DNA from: Myxococcales bacterium
GTDB taxonomy: Bacteria > Myxococcota_A > Polyangia > Polyangiales > DASUME01
Assembly: GCA_047601445.1 (NCBI GenBank)
Contig: JASGJH010000001.1
Coordinates: 6,976,001 to 7,040,000, forward strand
Length of the DNA: 64,000 bases
Direction of reading: 5' to 3'
Under the pieces are notes generated by a model. The model searched no databases. It saw only the letters and a program-made list of their open reading frames with translations, and was not told the DNA's origin. This document shows, in pieces, positions 38,784-47,986 of the stretch. How positions within the stretch are numbered: position 1 is the stretch's first letter; each line of letters begins with the position of its first letter. A program made the translations under genes and the position numbers.

Positions 38784-39800
38784 ATGATCTCCCCACGCCT
38801 GCTCCGCGCGTTTGGGCTCGTTGCGTCCTTCGCATGCGGTCCGCGCGTGGAGGTCCTCGAGCCCGACGACAGCACCGATGCGGGCGCCGAGCATGCCCTC
38901 GCCCCGCGCGACGCCGGACCGAGCGAGGAGCCAGCGTCACGGGACGCATCATCGGATCCCGAGCCTGCCCGCGCCCCAAAGGACGGCGGTGCGGCCGACC
39001 TCCCCATGGCGCAGGACCCCGAGTGCGATCTCCATGGATCGTGGATTGCGCGTCAGGCCAGCTTGAGTCGCGCGCTGGGCGCGCCGCAGGTGGCAAGTAC
39101 TTGGTACTACTTGGAGTTCGCGCAGGACGGCGATCAGGTGGTGGTGACGCGCCACTTCGACTGCGGGGTGGAGGTCCACGGCACGGTGCTCGTGCAGCTG
39201 ACCCCGGCCACGGTCCGCGCCTTCATCGCCCACAATCTCCAGGCCGGCCGCAAGGGGACGATGCGCAAGGCAGGAGCGCGCTGTGAGTTTTCGCTGGAGC
39301 GTTTCTGGAGCGTGCGCGGGGCTGACGAGCAGCGCTTTCGGCCGCAAAGCAACGCCGCCAAGCTGAGCATCCCGGACCTCGCCGCGAGCAATCCGTTGCC
39401 GACCAAAGACCACCTCGATGGTGCACTCGACTGGGAAAAGGACGGTCAGCTGGGGGTGGCCTGGCAGGTCTCGGGCATCGTGAGTGGCACGCGCAACACC
39501 GTGCAGCGCGACTGGACGGAGTGGTTCACGGACACCACGCGGGTGATCGCGCCGGCCAAGGACTGGAGCGAGGACCTGGTGGCGCGCGTACGGGTGGACA
39601 ACGAGGAGAACGTGCTCGAAGCGAGCTCGCCCACGGTGAGCTCGGGAGGTACCTCGGACAGCACGGCCGCCAACCATGTGACGCTGCGTTTCCTAGGACG
39701 GAATCCGGACGACTCGCGTGCCCAGGCGCTGATCGCGGACGATCCCTTCGAGACCTGCAACGCCATCCGTGAGGCGCTACCCGCGCTCGATGAGCTCTGA
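38784..39800 (+). CDS. Hypothetical lipoprotein
   Basis: SFAC lipobox, acidic/Pro linker, CDLHGSW and a DWEKDGQLG loop. Confidence 0.8.
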   Translation: MISPRLLRAFGLVASFACGPRVEVLEPDDSTDAGAEHALAPRDAGPSEEPASRDASSDPEPARAPKDGGAADLPMAQDPECDLHGSWIARQASLSRALGAPQVASTWYYLEFAQDGDQVVVTRHFDCGVEVHGTVLVQLTPATVRAFIAHNLQAGRKGTMRKAGARCEFSLERFWSVRGADEQRFRPQSNAAKLSIPDLAASNPLPTKDHLDGALDWEKDGQLGVAWQVSGIVSGTRNTVQRDWTEWFTDTTRVIAPAKDWSEDLVARVRVDNEENVLEASSPTVSSGGTSDSTAANHVTLRFLGRNPDDSRAQALIADDPFETCNAIREALPALDEL

Positions 39801-39863
39801 GTGGAGAGGCATGTAGCGGGTTCGAGAGCGACCTCCAGCGAGGGCCTGCTAGACTCCGCCGGC

Positions 39864-40745
39864 ATGCAAGGAGACCTCGTTGGTGACGCGAGCGCGGGCG
39901 CGACTTCCTCGGGTCCTACGCTTCGGATTTGGTCCAGCCATGCGGGCAAGCGCACGCTCGAGAAGCTCTGGCTCGCCTACACGCCGGTCTGGGGGGCCGT
40001 GTGTGGCGTGGTGATGGTGGGCGGCTTCGCCGAGACCTGGGGCGACTTCGGCCTGCTCTCGCTGGGCATGGGCATCGCGTTGCCAGCTGTGCTGCTCCCG
40101 CTCTGGGCGCGCACTCCGGAGGAACTGGGTCGCCCCCTTCACGAGAGTGCCAGCTTCAAGCTCTCCCTGTCGGTGTTGGCGTTCTCTTTCTTGCTCAACT
40201 ACACGCAGACGCCCTTCTTCTTCGACGTGCTGCACGCCCACTTCGGCTTCCACAGCACGCTGAACATCCGCAACAATCCCTTCTTCCTGTACCTCATGAC
40301 GGTGGCCTACTTCAGCACCTACTCGGTGCTGCTAATGATGGCCTACCGCGTCTCCCAGGCCCTGTTCGTGTCGGCGCCGCGTTTCGTGCGTATCCTGGCC
40401 GCTGGCAGCGCGTGCGTGCTGGTGGCTGCCATGGAGGCCGTGTTCAACGCCAACCCGTTCACCGCCCGGCTCTACTGCTTCGACGACACCGCCTTCGCGC
40501 TCTGGTTCGGCAGCCTTGCCTACGGCCTCTCCTTCATGTTCATCCTGCCCGTCTGGATCGGCATCGACGAGCGCCCGGGTGTGCGCACGCCGTGGTTCCA
40601 CGTGTTGGTGGGCGTGCTCGCTGCGGTCTACGCCGACTCACTCGCCCTCGACTTCCTGCGCTACCACGTGGCGCCGCGCTACACGGTGGTGCACGAGAAC
40701 GCCGTGGGCCTCCTGGACGTGGCCACGAGCTGCCTCGGGCGTTGA
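39864..40745 (+). CDS. Cycloeucalenol cycloisomerase (CPI1)-like membrane protein
   Basis: KR..E..WL.YTPVW, K..L....FSF..NY..T.FFF.VL.A.FGF, N.P...Y..T.AYF..Y, A.ME and FGS..Y...F...P match my recollection of plant CPI1 motifs. Multiple TM helices. Confidence 0.8.
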   Translation: MQGDLVGDASAGATSSGPTLRIWSSHAGKRTLEKLWLAYTPVWGAVCGVVMVGGFAETWGDFGLLSLGMGIALPAVLLPLWARTPEELGRPLHESASFKLSLSVLAFSFLLNYTQTPFFFDVLHAHFGFHSTLNIRNNPFFLYLMTVAYFSTYSVLLMMAYRVSQALFVSAPRFVRILAAGSACVLVAAMEAVFNANPFTARLYCFDDTAFALWFGSLAYGLSFMFILPVWIGIDERPGVRTPWFHVLVGVLAAVYADSLALDFLRYHVAPRYTVVHENAVGLLDVATSCLGR

Positions 40746-40888
40746 GTTGGGTCGTCGGGAGGGCAGGGCGCCTCCCGCCCGAAATGCCCATCTCGGCGAC
40801 CGCCTCGTTCGGCGAATGAACTGCACGGGCCTTCGCAGGATTTGCGCATGATGGCGTGAAAATGCCGAAAACCGCCGAAATTCGACCG

Positions 40889-40904
40889 TGGCGTGAAGCT
40901 TGCT
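40889..40904 (+). promoter_or_regulatory. Putative sigma-54 promoter of the HPF-CBS pair
   Basis: TGGCGTGAAGCTTGCT (GG-N10-GC, TTGC). Confidence 0.65.
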
Positions 40905-40916
40905 CTCCAGCCCAGC

Positions 40917-41267
40917 ATGGAACCCACTCTGCAAATCAACTTCCATGGCCTCGCCCATTCGGACGCAGCGGAGGCCCTCGTACGTGAACGAATGATCGAG
41001 CTGGCACGGGAGGGGCGACCTCTCACGCGCTGTCGCGTGACCATCGAGGCTCCGCACCGGCATCACCGCAAGGGCAATCGGTTCGACATCCATCTCGAGC
41101 TGCACGGCATGGGCGGGCATCGCATCGTCCACCGCAAGAGCTCCCATGAAGACGCCTTCGCGGCCATCCGCGACGTGTTCGACGCGGCGCGTCGCGGCTT
41201 GCAGGTTCGGCGCGGTCGTGGCGCAGACGCTGGGCACGGTTCGAAGCAACAGAGGTTGATGCCATGA
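40917..41267 (+). CDS. HPF/RaiA family ribosome-associated protein
   Basis: LQINFHGL.HS.A.E...CRVTIEAPHRHHRKG...F.I.LEL...HEDAFAAIRD.FD.A.R.L. Confidence 0.88.
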   Translation: MEPTLQINFHGLAHSDAAEALVRERMIELAREGRPLTRCRVTIEAPHRHHRKGNRFDIHLELHGMGGHRIVHRKSSHEDAFAAIRDVFDAARRGLQVRRGRGADAGHGSKQQRLMP

Positions 41268-41671
41268 AATCCATTCCGACCATCGAGAAGTACATGACGA
41301 CGAGCCCGCATACGATCGGGGTCGATCAACCTCTCAGCCAAGCTCACGGGGTGCTGCGAGAGCATCGCATCCGTCATCTGCCCGTGCTGCGGGGTGGCAA
41401 GCTTGCTGGCGTCTTGAGTGAGCGCGACCTGGCTTTGATCGAGACGCTGCGAGAGGTCGATCCGCGCAAGGTTGTGGTGGAGGAGGCGATGAACGCCGAG
41501 GTCTATGCGGTGTCGCCCAAGGCCTCGCTGGACGAAGTGGTGCGCGACATGGCTGCGCGCCGGTACGGCTGCGCGGTGGTGGTCGACAATCTAAAGGTCG
41601 TGGGCATTTTCACGGCGGTCGACGCTTGTCGGGCGTTCGCCGAGCTCCTTCAGCAGCGCCTGTCGCACTGA
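41264..41671 (+). CDS. CBS domain pair protein
   Basis: YMT..P.TI...IRHLPV...G.LSERD and YGCAVVV...VGIFT..D. ATGA overlap with the upstream gene. Confidence 0.92.
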   Translation: MKSIPTIEKYMTTSPHTIGVDQPLSQAHGVLREHRIRHLPVLRGGKLAGVLSERDLALIETLREVDPRKVVVEEAMNAEVYAVSPKASLDEVVRDMAARRYGCAVVVDNLKVVGIFTAVDACRAFAELLQQRLSH

Positions 41672-41709
41672 GGGGAGGCAACGGTAGGCGCGCGGGGCGT
41701 AGGCAAGCC

Positions 41710-41830
41710 GAGCACGAGGACGAGCACGAGACGCGAACGCCAACCGAGCCGGGCGACGCGAGCGTCATCCTTCGCGTCGCCGTGCTTGTTCTCGTGCTTG
41801 TTCTCGTGCCCGTGCTCGTGCTCGTGCTCG
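41710..41830. repeat. Intergenic hexamer-based inverted repeat
   Basis: The left arm GAGCACGAGGACGAGCACGAG is complementary to the right arm of GTGCTC/GTGCTT/GTTCTC hexamers. Confidence 0.75.
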
Positions 41831-41980
41831 CACGTGTTCGGTTTCACACCGCTCACTCACAGGAGCACACGCTCGATATGCCTCGCCAACGCCTTGATTC
41901 TCTCCTTCTCCGGTGCCGCACCCCCGCACGGGTACACCTCGCGGAGTGTCCAAGACTCAGCGAGCAAGAGAGGTGCACCG

Positions 41981-42511
41981 ATGGAGAAGCAGCCCGTCAA
42001 GAAGCCCAGCGCACGCAGCGCCACGCGAGAGCGCGCCCAGTCCGACTTTAGCCCGGAAGCGATCGAGCAGATCAGCGTCGCTCTCAACACGCTGCTGGCC
42101 GATACCTTTGGCCTTTACGTGAAGACCAAGAACTTCCACTGGCACTTGGAGGGGCCGCACTTTCGGGACTACCACCTGTTGCTCGACGAGCAGTCCGATC
42201 AGATCTTCGCCATGTCCGACCCACTGGCCGAGCGCGTGCGCAAGGTCGGTGGTCGCACGCTGACGTCGCTGGGACAGATGGCGCGGCTCGAGCGCATCGC
42301 CGACAACGATCAGGAGTCCGTGCTCGCTCCGGACATGCTGCGCGAGCTGCAGCAGGACAATCGCTCGTTGGCCGGGCACCTGCGCGAGGCGCACGAGGTG
42401 TGCGACAAGCATCAGGACTTTGCCTCGGCCAGCCTGATCGAGAACTGGATCGACGAGGCCGAGCGCCGCGCCTGGTTCCTCTACGAAGCCACCCAGCGCG
42501 GCGAGACCTGA
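41981..42511 (+). CDS. dps: Dps family DNA-protection ferritin-like protein
   Basis: LYVKTKNFHWH..GPHFRDYHLLLDEQ...D.LAERVRK.GG and IDEAERR.WFL. Confidence 0.95.
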   Translation: MEKQPVKKPSARSATRERAQSDFSPEAIEQISVALNTLLADTFGLYVKTKNFHWHLEGPHFRDYHLLLDEQSDQIFAMSDPLAERVRKVGGRTLTSLGQMARLERIADNDQESVLAPDMLRELQQDNRSLAGHLREAHEVCDKHQDFASASLIENWIDEAERRAWFLYEATQRGET

Positions 42512-42867
42512 GCGGTCCGGGGGCAGGGCCGGAGGTATCCTGCAGAGCACCAAAGCCCTCGATTCGAGGCGTGTCCCTGTGCTCGCCCGTCCACCAGGGA
42601 TCACCTTGGCCTCGATTCCCTACATCCTCGATCGGTGCCGCTCGACCGAAGCTCCGGGTGATCAGGCGCGGCACACAACGTCCTCCCTTCCTGCGTGGAC
42701 GCAGATGCGTCTAACATTCCTAGAGCGGGGGCGCTGAACCGCGCGGCCTGAGCGAGTGGCTTCACCGATGGCGTGTGAGCTCGATCGCTCGCTCATGCCG
42801 AACCGCCGTGTACGGGCTGGTGTGTCACGGGCTACAGGGGTTCGCGGCAGAAGGAAGGGGTCGGGGT

Positions 42868-43965
42868 ATGGATGGTGCGCGGGCAGACTCCGTGAACGGA
42901 GCATCGAATCAGGGGTTCAGCTCGAAGCTTGCCCCTGGAGCACAGCGGTTCTTGTCCTATGCGATCGAGCACGCGCTCAAGTGCGGCAGACGCTCGCCCA
43001 GGGACTTCATCCGGCACTTCTCGCCCGCGACCATCATGAGCGGCCTGGAGAACGAGCCTCAGCTGCGCGCCAATATCTTGGTGGTGGCCACCGGCACGCG
43101 CATGAACATCGCGCTCAAGAAGTCGTCGGCCTCCTGCGGCAGTGACCTGCAGATCGCCCTCGACGAGCGCGAGACCGACGCCGACACGGTGGTCTCGCTG
43201 TTCGACCCGGACGACCGCGTGCGCTTCCTGGACAACCGCGCGCTGTGGACCTTCTTGACCGAGGGCCAGTTCTGGCAGGTCGAAACCAAGGAAGTCGGCG
43301 CGCACGCGCTGGCGTCGGCGCACATCAGCTATCTGATCGAGCGCGCCCTGGAGGATCACCTGCTCTCGCACCGCGACGTGGTGCGCGGCATCAGCGTCGA
43401 GGCGATGACGGAGTATCTGCCGCGCTCGGAGCTGCCCAAGATCATTGAGGCCGCGCTGCAGTTGGGCGACGCCAAGCGGCCGTTCCTCGAGCGGGATCTC
43501 TTGGCGTCCATCGGCATCCCGACGCTCACCGAGTACATCCCGTTGATCGCCATCTGGCATCGCGTGGTGGTGCCCTTCATCGCCGAGGCTCACGCCCTGG
43601 TGCGCAACGAAGATCCCGGGCCCAGCGAAGACACCTTGATGGAGCAGGGCTTCTTCCAGCGCGTGCGCGAAGCCGCCGCTGCCCAGGCCGCAGCCGCAGC
43701 CTCAGCGCCGCAACCCGCCGCCCCCACCGCGGCTGCCCCCACTGCGCAAGCGCCCGCGCCCGTCGCCAGTGCCCCTGGCAGCGTCCTCAAGCCCATCCCG
43801 CGTCCTGCTACGGCCATGCCGCTGTCGCCCGTCAAGAGTGCGCCGCGCAGCGAGGAGCGCAGCGTGGAGATCGACCTCGACGAGAGCGGCAGCGGGCTCG
43901 CCAATGCGCGCTCGCTGGCCAAGAAGCCGCTCAAGCGACCGGGCTCCATTCCTCCCACGGCGTGA
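42868..43965 (+). CDS. Hypothetical protein with internal helical repeats and an Ala/Pro-rich tail
   Basis: Strong GC3 bias. Recurrent I(E)xAL...xRD segments. Confidence 0.8.
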   Translation: MDGARADSVNGASNQGFSSKLAPGAQRFLSYAIEHALKCGRRSPRDFIRHFSPATIMSGLENEPQLRANILVVATGTRMNIALKKSSASCGSDLQIALDERETDADTVVSLFDPDDRVRFLDNRALWTFLTEGQFWQVETKEVGAHALASAHISYLIERALEDHLLSHRDVVRGISVEAMTEYLPRSELPKIIEAALQLGDAKRPFLERDLLASIGIPTLTEYIPLIAIWHRVVVPFIAEAHALVRNEDPGPSEDTLMEQGFFQRVREAAAAQAAAAASAPQPAAPTAAAPTAQAPAPVASAPGSVLKPIPRPATAMPLSPVKSAPRSEERSVEIDLDESGSGLANARSLAKKPLKRPGSIPPTA

Positions 43966-44005
43966 CGTCGCACGGGCTCGTGGCGGCTCGCCGGGTGCGA
44001 GCGAG

Positions 44006-45001
44006 CTAAGGAGCGCTCCCGCGCACGCAGCGCACCAGGGCCATGCCGACGTCGTCTTCGACCCAGTTGTCGAAGCCCTGGTCGAAGCTTACCGTCCACA
44101 CGTCGTGCTCGAAGTTCGTCAGGTGCGACGAGGTCCAGTAGGCGGACGGAGCGGTCCCGGGAAACGCCTTGGGATCGATGGACGGGTTGGATTTGGTCTC
44201 GTCCACCAACGTGTGAAGTTCCTTGATGGTGGGCAAGCGGAACCCTTTGCCGCCGAGGTCGAGCTCGCGGCAGTACACCGCGGCGTCGTCCCATGACTTG
44301 GCGTCGAGCGGTGGGCTTTGCTGCCAGGTGAGCTTGGTGGCGGTGTCTCGGACGGTGGGGCCGGCGACCTCGAACTGACCTGGCGTGGCGTCGCTGCGCA
44401 CGCAGCGCACGCGGTGCTCTGCCGTGACGTCGTCCTCGAACACGAAGCCCGTGCCGAACTCGAAGTTCACGATCCAGGCCGCCGGGAACAGCTCGAAATA
44501 GGGCGAGGCAGACCAGAAGCGTTGGGCGGGCGCGTCCGGAAAAGCGTCTTCGTCGATCAGCGTGTTCGGGCGCGTGAAGTCCAACAGCGAGAGCAGCTCG
44601 ATGCGTGACGGCAGGCGAAAGCCTCCACCGCCGAGCTCCAGGGCCTCACAGAGGGCGCGCGCCTCGGTCCACGCGTGGGTGTCCGGATCCACCTCTCGTT
44701 GCCACTCGAGCCCCGTCACGAGATCGCGCACTACACCGTCCTCGACTCGATAGCTCTGTGGGTTCTCGAGGCCAGGTTGCGCGGGGTTGGGCATTTGCCA
44801 CGCGGCGCGGGCGAACAAGCTCGTCGGTAGCGCTCCGCCGTCGTACGTCTCGAGGTCGGGCAGATCCGGACCGGAGCTCGCTCCGGCATCTCGCGGATGA
44901 GAGACCGTGAGCGCGGCGGGCTCTTCGATTCCGAGCACCGCATTGCACGCCCCGGTCGTCAACGTGAGGCCGAGCGCCGCCGAGAGCAGTGCGGGCCGCA
45001 T
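44006..45001 (-). CDS. DUF1566 (Lcl C-terminal, C-type-lectin-fold) lipoprotein with two domains
   Basis: TGAC lipobox. V.D..T.L.WQ...W..A...C..L..GG..FRLP...EL occurs twice, ending VRCVR. Confidence 0.9.
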   Translation of the reverse strand: MRPALLSAALGLTLTTGACNAVLGIEEPAALTVSHPRDAGASSGPDLPDLETYDGGALPTSLFARAAWQMPNPAQPGLENPQSYRVEDGVVRDLVTGLEWQREVDPDTHAWTEARALCEALELGGGGFRLPSRIELLSLLDFTRPNTLIDEDAFPDAPAQRFWSASPYFELFPAAWIVNFEFGTGFVFEDDVTAEHRVRCVRSDATPGQFEVAGPTVRDTATKLTWQQSPPLDAKSWDDAAVYCRELDLGGKGFRLPTIKELHTLVDETKSNPSIDPKAFPGTAPSAYWTSSHLTNFEHDVWTVSFDQGFDNWVEDDVGMALVRCVRGSAP

Positions 45002-46071
45002 CAGAAGCGCCCGCTGACTTGGGCTCCCACGGAGCCTTGGAAGAGCCATGGGGACAGGTTCGCGCGTGCGCGTTGCTCGGCTTCCTTGGAGCCCTTGAGT
45101 CGCCACCACAAGAACGTCGCGAGCCCGCCCGCCGCGAGCGCACCGCCCACCGAGACGAGGATCGTGGCGTTGCGCGCGTAGTCTCGGGCTTCCAGGCGGT
45201 CGGCCCGGCCGTCGGGAGTGCACTGGTTGCCCACGCAATTGACGTCGGACACGTGATTGGAGTGCACGGCGCGCAACGTGTAAAGAAAGCTCGCGCTGAG
45301 CGCCACGCCGCCCGCGCTCATCGCGCTGATGGCGACCCATTCCACCGGCGAGCGGGCGGCCGGGCCGTGTTCCGAGCGGCTCATTTCGGGCACACGAGCC
45401 ACGCTGACCTTGGGTGCCTTGCGTGGTGTCGAGCTTGGCGGGGCAGGGCTCGCGGCTTGGGGAGCGGCTTCGGGCGGGAGCGCGGGGATACTCACGAGCT
45501 GGCTGTCGCCCTGCCCCGAGAGCACGAGCTGCGTGGTCCATTCTTGTTTGCCGACGGCTTTGGCGCGCAACCTGTGGGCACCGCCGTCCAAGTAGAGGCG
45601 CTTGCCCAACTGGCCTTGTTCCAGAGGCAGGTCATCGAGTTCCACGAGGACCTGGCTATCGCTGGGCGCGGACACGATGACACTCGATACGCGAGCCTCG
45701 AGGTCGGCCTCCTTCTGCGCGGCAGCCGCCTCGCGGTCGCGGCGCCCCTCCGCGGCTGCGCGGGCTTTGACCTCGCGATACGTGGAGAGCGCGCTCGCGA
45801 GCCTACCGGCGCGCTCGTAGCAGACGGCCAAGGCGAGGAGACATCCCGTCGCAGGCTCGAGCCGAAAGCTCTCTGAGAAGAGCGGACAGGCACGCTCGTA
45901 GTCTTCCTGTGCGAGTCGATCCTTACCACTCTGAAAGAGCTGCTCCGCGGTCGGGTCTTCGGCACGCGCGCGCCGCGGGCGTGCCGTGATCGTGACGATC
46001 AGCGTGAGCAGACACAGCACCATCATTACGAAGAGGTGCCAGCGCGGCATCGCTCGCGTGCTCCGGATCAT
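45001..46071 (-). CDS. TPR + PEGA-like exported protein
   Basis: AEQLFQSG...ACPLFSES.RLEP..G.LL.LA.CYE..G.LASA TPR, a beta-sandwich segment and a hydrophobic C-terminus ending GRF. Confidence 0.85.
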   Translation of the reverse strand: MIRSTRAMPRWHLFVMMVLCLLTLIVTITARPRRARAEDPTAEQLFQSGKDRLAQEDYERACPLFSESFRLEPATGCLLALAVCYERAGRLASALSTYREVKARAAAEGRRDREAAAAQKEADLEARVSSVIVSAPSDSQVLVELDDLPLEQGQLGKRLYLDGGAHRLRAKAVGKQEWTTQLVLSGQGDSQLVSIPALPPEAAPQAASPAPPSSTPRKAPKVSVARVPEMSRSEHGPAARSPVEWVAISAMSAGGVALSASFLYTLRAVHSNHVSDVNCVGNQCTPDGRADRLEARDYARNATILVSVGGALAAGGLATFLWWRLKGSKEAEQRARANLSPWLFQGSVGAQVSGRF

Positions 46072-47789
46072 TCGCGTGTCTCGAAAAGGTTCGCGCCGAC
46101 GTCGCTCGCGGGGGGAGTGACCTCGGGTTGGGAAGACCGCGTTGCTTCGGGAGGGTCCGCTTCGCCGGACAGCGCCGCAGCATGAGCTCGGCGGTGCCGA
46201 CGCGGGGCCTCGTCGAGTCCGCTGGAGTGTTCGTCCAGCGCGGGTACTTCCTGGCGTCGATGATGCTTGGGTGGAGGAAGAGCGGAATCTGGTGGAGGCG
46301 CGTTCGCCACCGTGCCGACCGGGAGCTGCGCCAGCGCGGGTACGACTTTTGGCTCGGCCGTGGGCAGTTCCTTGGCGACCGCACCAATCGCTGCGGCAGG
46401 CTGTGCCTGGGCGACCACCGGCAATGCGGAGAGAGTTGGCTCGACGGGACGCGCGCTGAAGCCTCGCACGGCGAGTCCGCCCAGTACACCGAGCGTCACG
46501 GCCGAAACCAGCAGCCACTTGGAGTCTCGCTTGACCTCGGCGGCCCGCCCCGGTGCCAGGCTCGGAATCGGCTCACTGCGGAGCGGCTGATAGGCCCGCG
46601 CTGCCTGCGTCGCGGCGAGCTTGAGGGGCGGAGGCGTGGAGGGCTGGGCCTGCGCGGTGACGTTGTGTTCGACGGCGGCCTGGCTGACCTTGGGGCCGCT
46701 GCCCACCTCGACAGCCGCGGACTCCAGCTCCGCGGTAGTCCCATCGTCTTCGCGAAGCGCTGCGTGCTCCGCGGTCGGTTCGTCCGCGAGCTCCTCGACC
46801 CAACTCGCTTCCGCCGCTGCGACCTTCTCCGGCGGCACCGGCTTCGGGCGCTCCGACTCGGGATTCCGTTCACGTGGCGCGCGCGCCGCGGTCAGCGCGA
46901 ACGCCGCCAGTGGATTTCCTTTGGGTGGCGTCGACTCATGCTTGGCTTCGAGTGCCTCGTGGGTGACGTGCGCTGCGTCTTGTTCGAGTTTGCGGCCGAG
47001 CCAGGAGCGCAGCCGCTGGGCACGCTTGGAGGCCGCTTCGAGCCCTTGTTGACGTTGCCGAGCCTCTCCTTCTCGGACCACGCGCTCCTGCGCGACTCGC
47101 CACGGGCGATACCTGCGGGCGAGCTCACGAACGGACTCGACGCGTCCGTCGAGCACGCCCAGGTTGATGTCCGCCGGATTCTCGGCCCAGTGGTTGCGCA
47201 GCCACCAGCAATTGCTGCTGGCATCGTGCCAAATCAGATGGCCATCCTTGAGCACCTGGAAGGGCGTCGCGATCGCTCCACGAAAGCTGTAGCGCTCCTG
47301 GCCGCTTGCCCCCGTCCTCCACAGGGCAGGCGTGGCGAAGTCGGAGACCACGACGTCGTTGACGAGGTACGCATCACGCTCGGAGCAAGGCGAGCAGACC
47401 TCGATGATGAAGTCCACCAGCCCTTGATCGGAGCGAGGAGAATAGGCCGAGATGGTCCGTTGTCCGAATGGATTGACCAGCAGCTCGAGGCAAACTCGGC
47501 TCACCGCCAGCGACCAATCTGGTTTGAGTTCTACCTGGGCGTATGGCTGACCGTTCTCATCGAGGTGGATGCCTGCCCCATGTCCGAGCGAGGCTTGGGT
47601 GATCAGCACGGGCCAGTAGCCCACGGGCACGTCGTCGAGGCGCGGAAACGGGTCGACGGTGGCGCTGAGGGACCAAAGCGGCGCCAGGTCTCGGACCACC
47701 TGCTTCTGTATCGCCGCACTCACCCGTGCAAGATCCGATAAGTCTACGCCGTCCGCTTCGGGCACCAGGGCGATGTGTTGGGTGTTCAT
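46068..47789 (-). CDS. Hypothetical membrane protein: conserved-looking N-terminal domain, acidic linker, TM, Pro-rich tail
   Basis: RVSAAIQKQV.RDLAP.W...G.H...QPYA...EVC.P...VVSDF.TP domain, then TM WLLVSAVTLGVLGGLAV. Confidence 0.8.
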   Translation of the reverse strand: MNTQHIALVPEADGVDLSDLARVSAAIQKQVVRDLAPLWSLSATVDPFPRLDDVPVGYWPVLITQASLGHGAGIHLDENGQPYAQVELKPDWSLAVSRVCLELLVNPFGQRTISAYSPRSDQGLVDFIIEVCSPCSERDAYLVNDVVVSDFATPALWRTGASGQERYSFRGAIATPFQVLKDGHLIWHDASSNCWWLRNHWAENPADINLGVLDGRVESVRELARRYRPWRVAQERVVREGEARQRQQGLEAASKRAQRLRSWLGRKLEQDAAHVTHEALEAKHESTPPKGNPLAAFALTAARAPRERNPESERPKPVPPEKVAAAEASWVEELADEPTAEHAALREDDGTTAELESAAVEVGSGPKVSQAAVEHNVTAQAQPSTPPPLKLAATQAARAYQPLRSEPIPSLAPGRAAEVKRDSKWLLVSAVTLGVLGGLAVRGFSARPVEPTLSALPVVAQAQPAAAIGAVAKELPTAEPKVVPALAQLPVGTVANAPPPDSALPPPKHHRRQEVPALDEHSSGLDEAPRRHRRAHAAALSGEADPPEATRSSQPEVTPPASDVGANLFETRE

Positions 47790-47818
47790 TGTCTAGACCT
47801 CACGCTGCGCCCGCGTGG

Positions 47819-47834
47819 AGCACGGGACATGCCA
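47819..47834 (-). promoter_or_regulatory. Putative sigma-54 promoter of the 47789-44006 operon
   Basis: Minus strand reads TGGCATGTCCCGTGCT, about 30 bp upstream of the ATG. GAGG RBS present. Confidence 0.65.
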
Positions 47835-47986
47835 GATGGGGCTCTCTGCGGATGCATGTTGCGCCGCAATCTCACGCTGATTTTTCCCGTTCACGATCCT
47901 CTCCCATCGGCTCGTCTCCTTCATCCCGTGACGGCCCCTAGGCTCCCCACGTCCGGCCCTGGCACCCAGGCCCGGTCCCGGGGACC

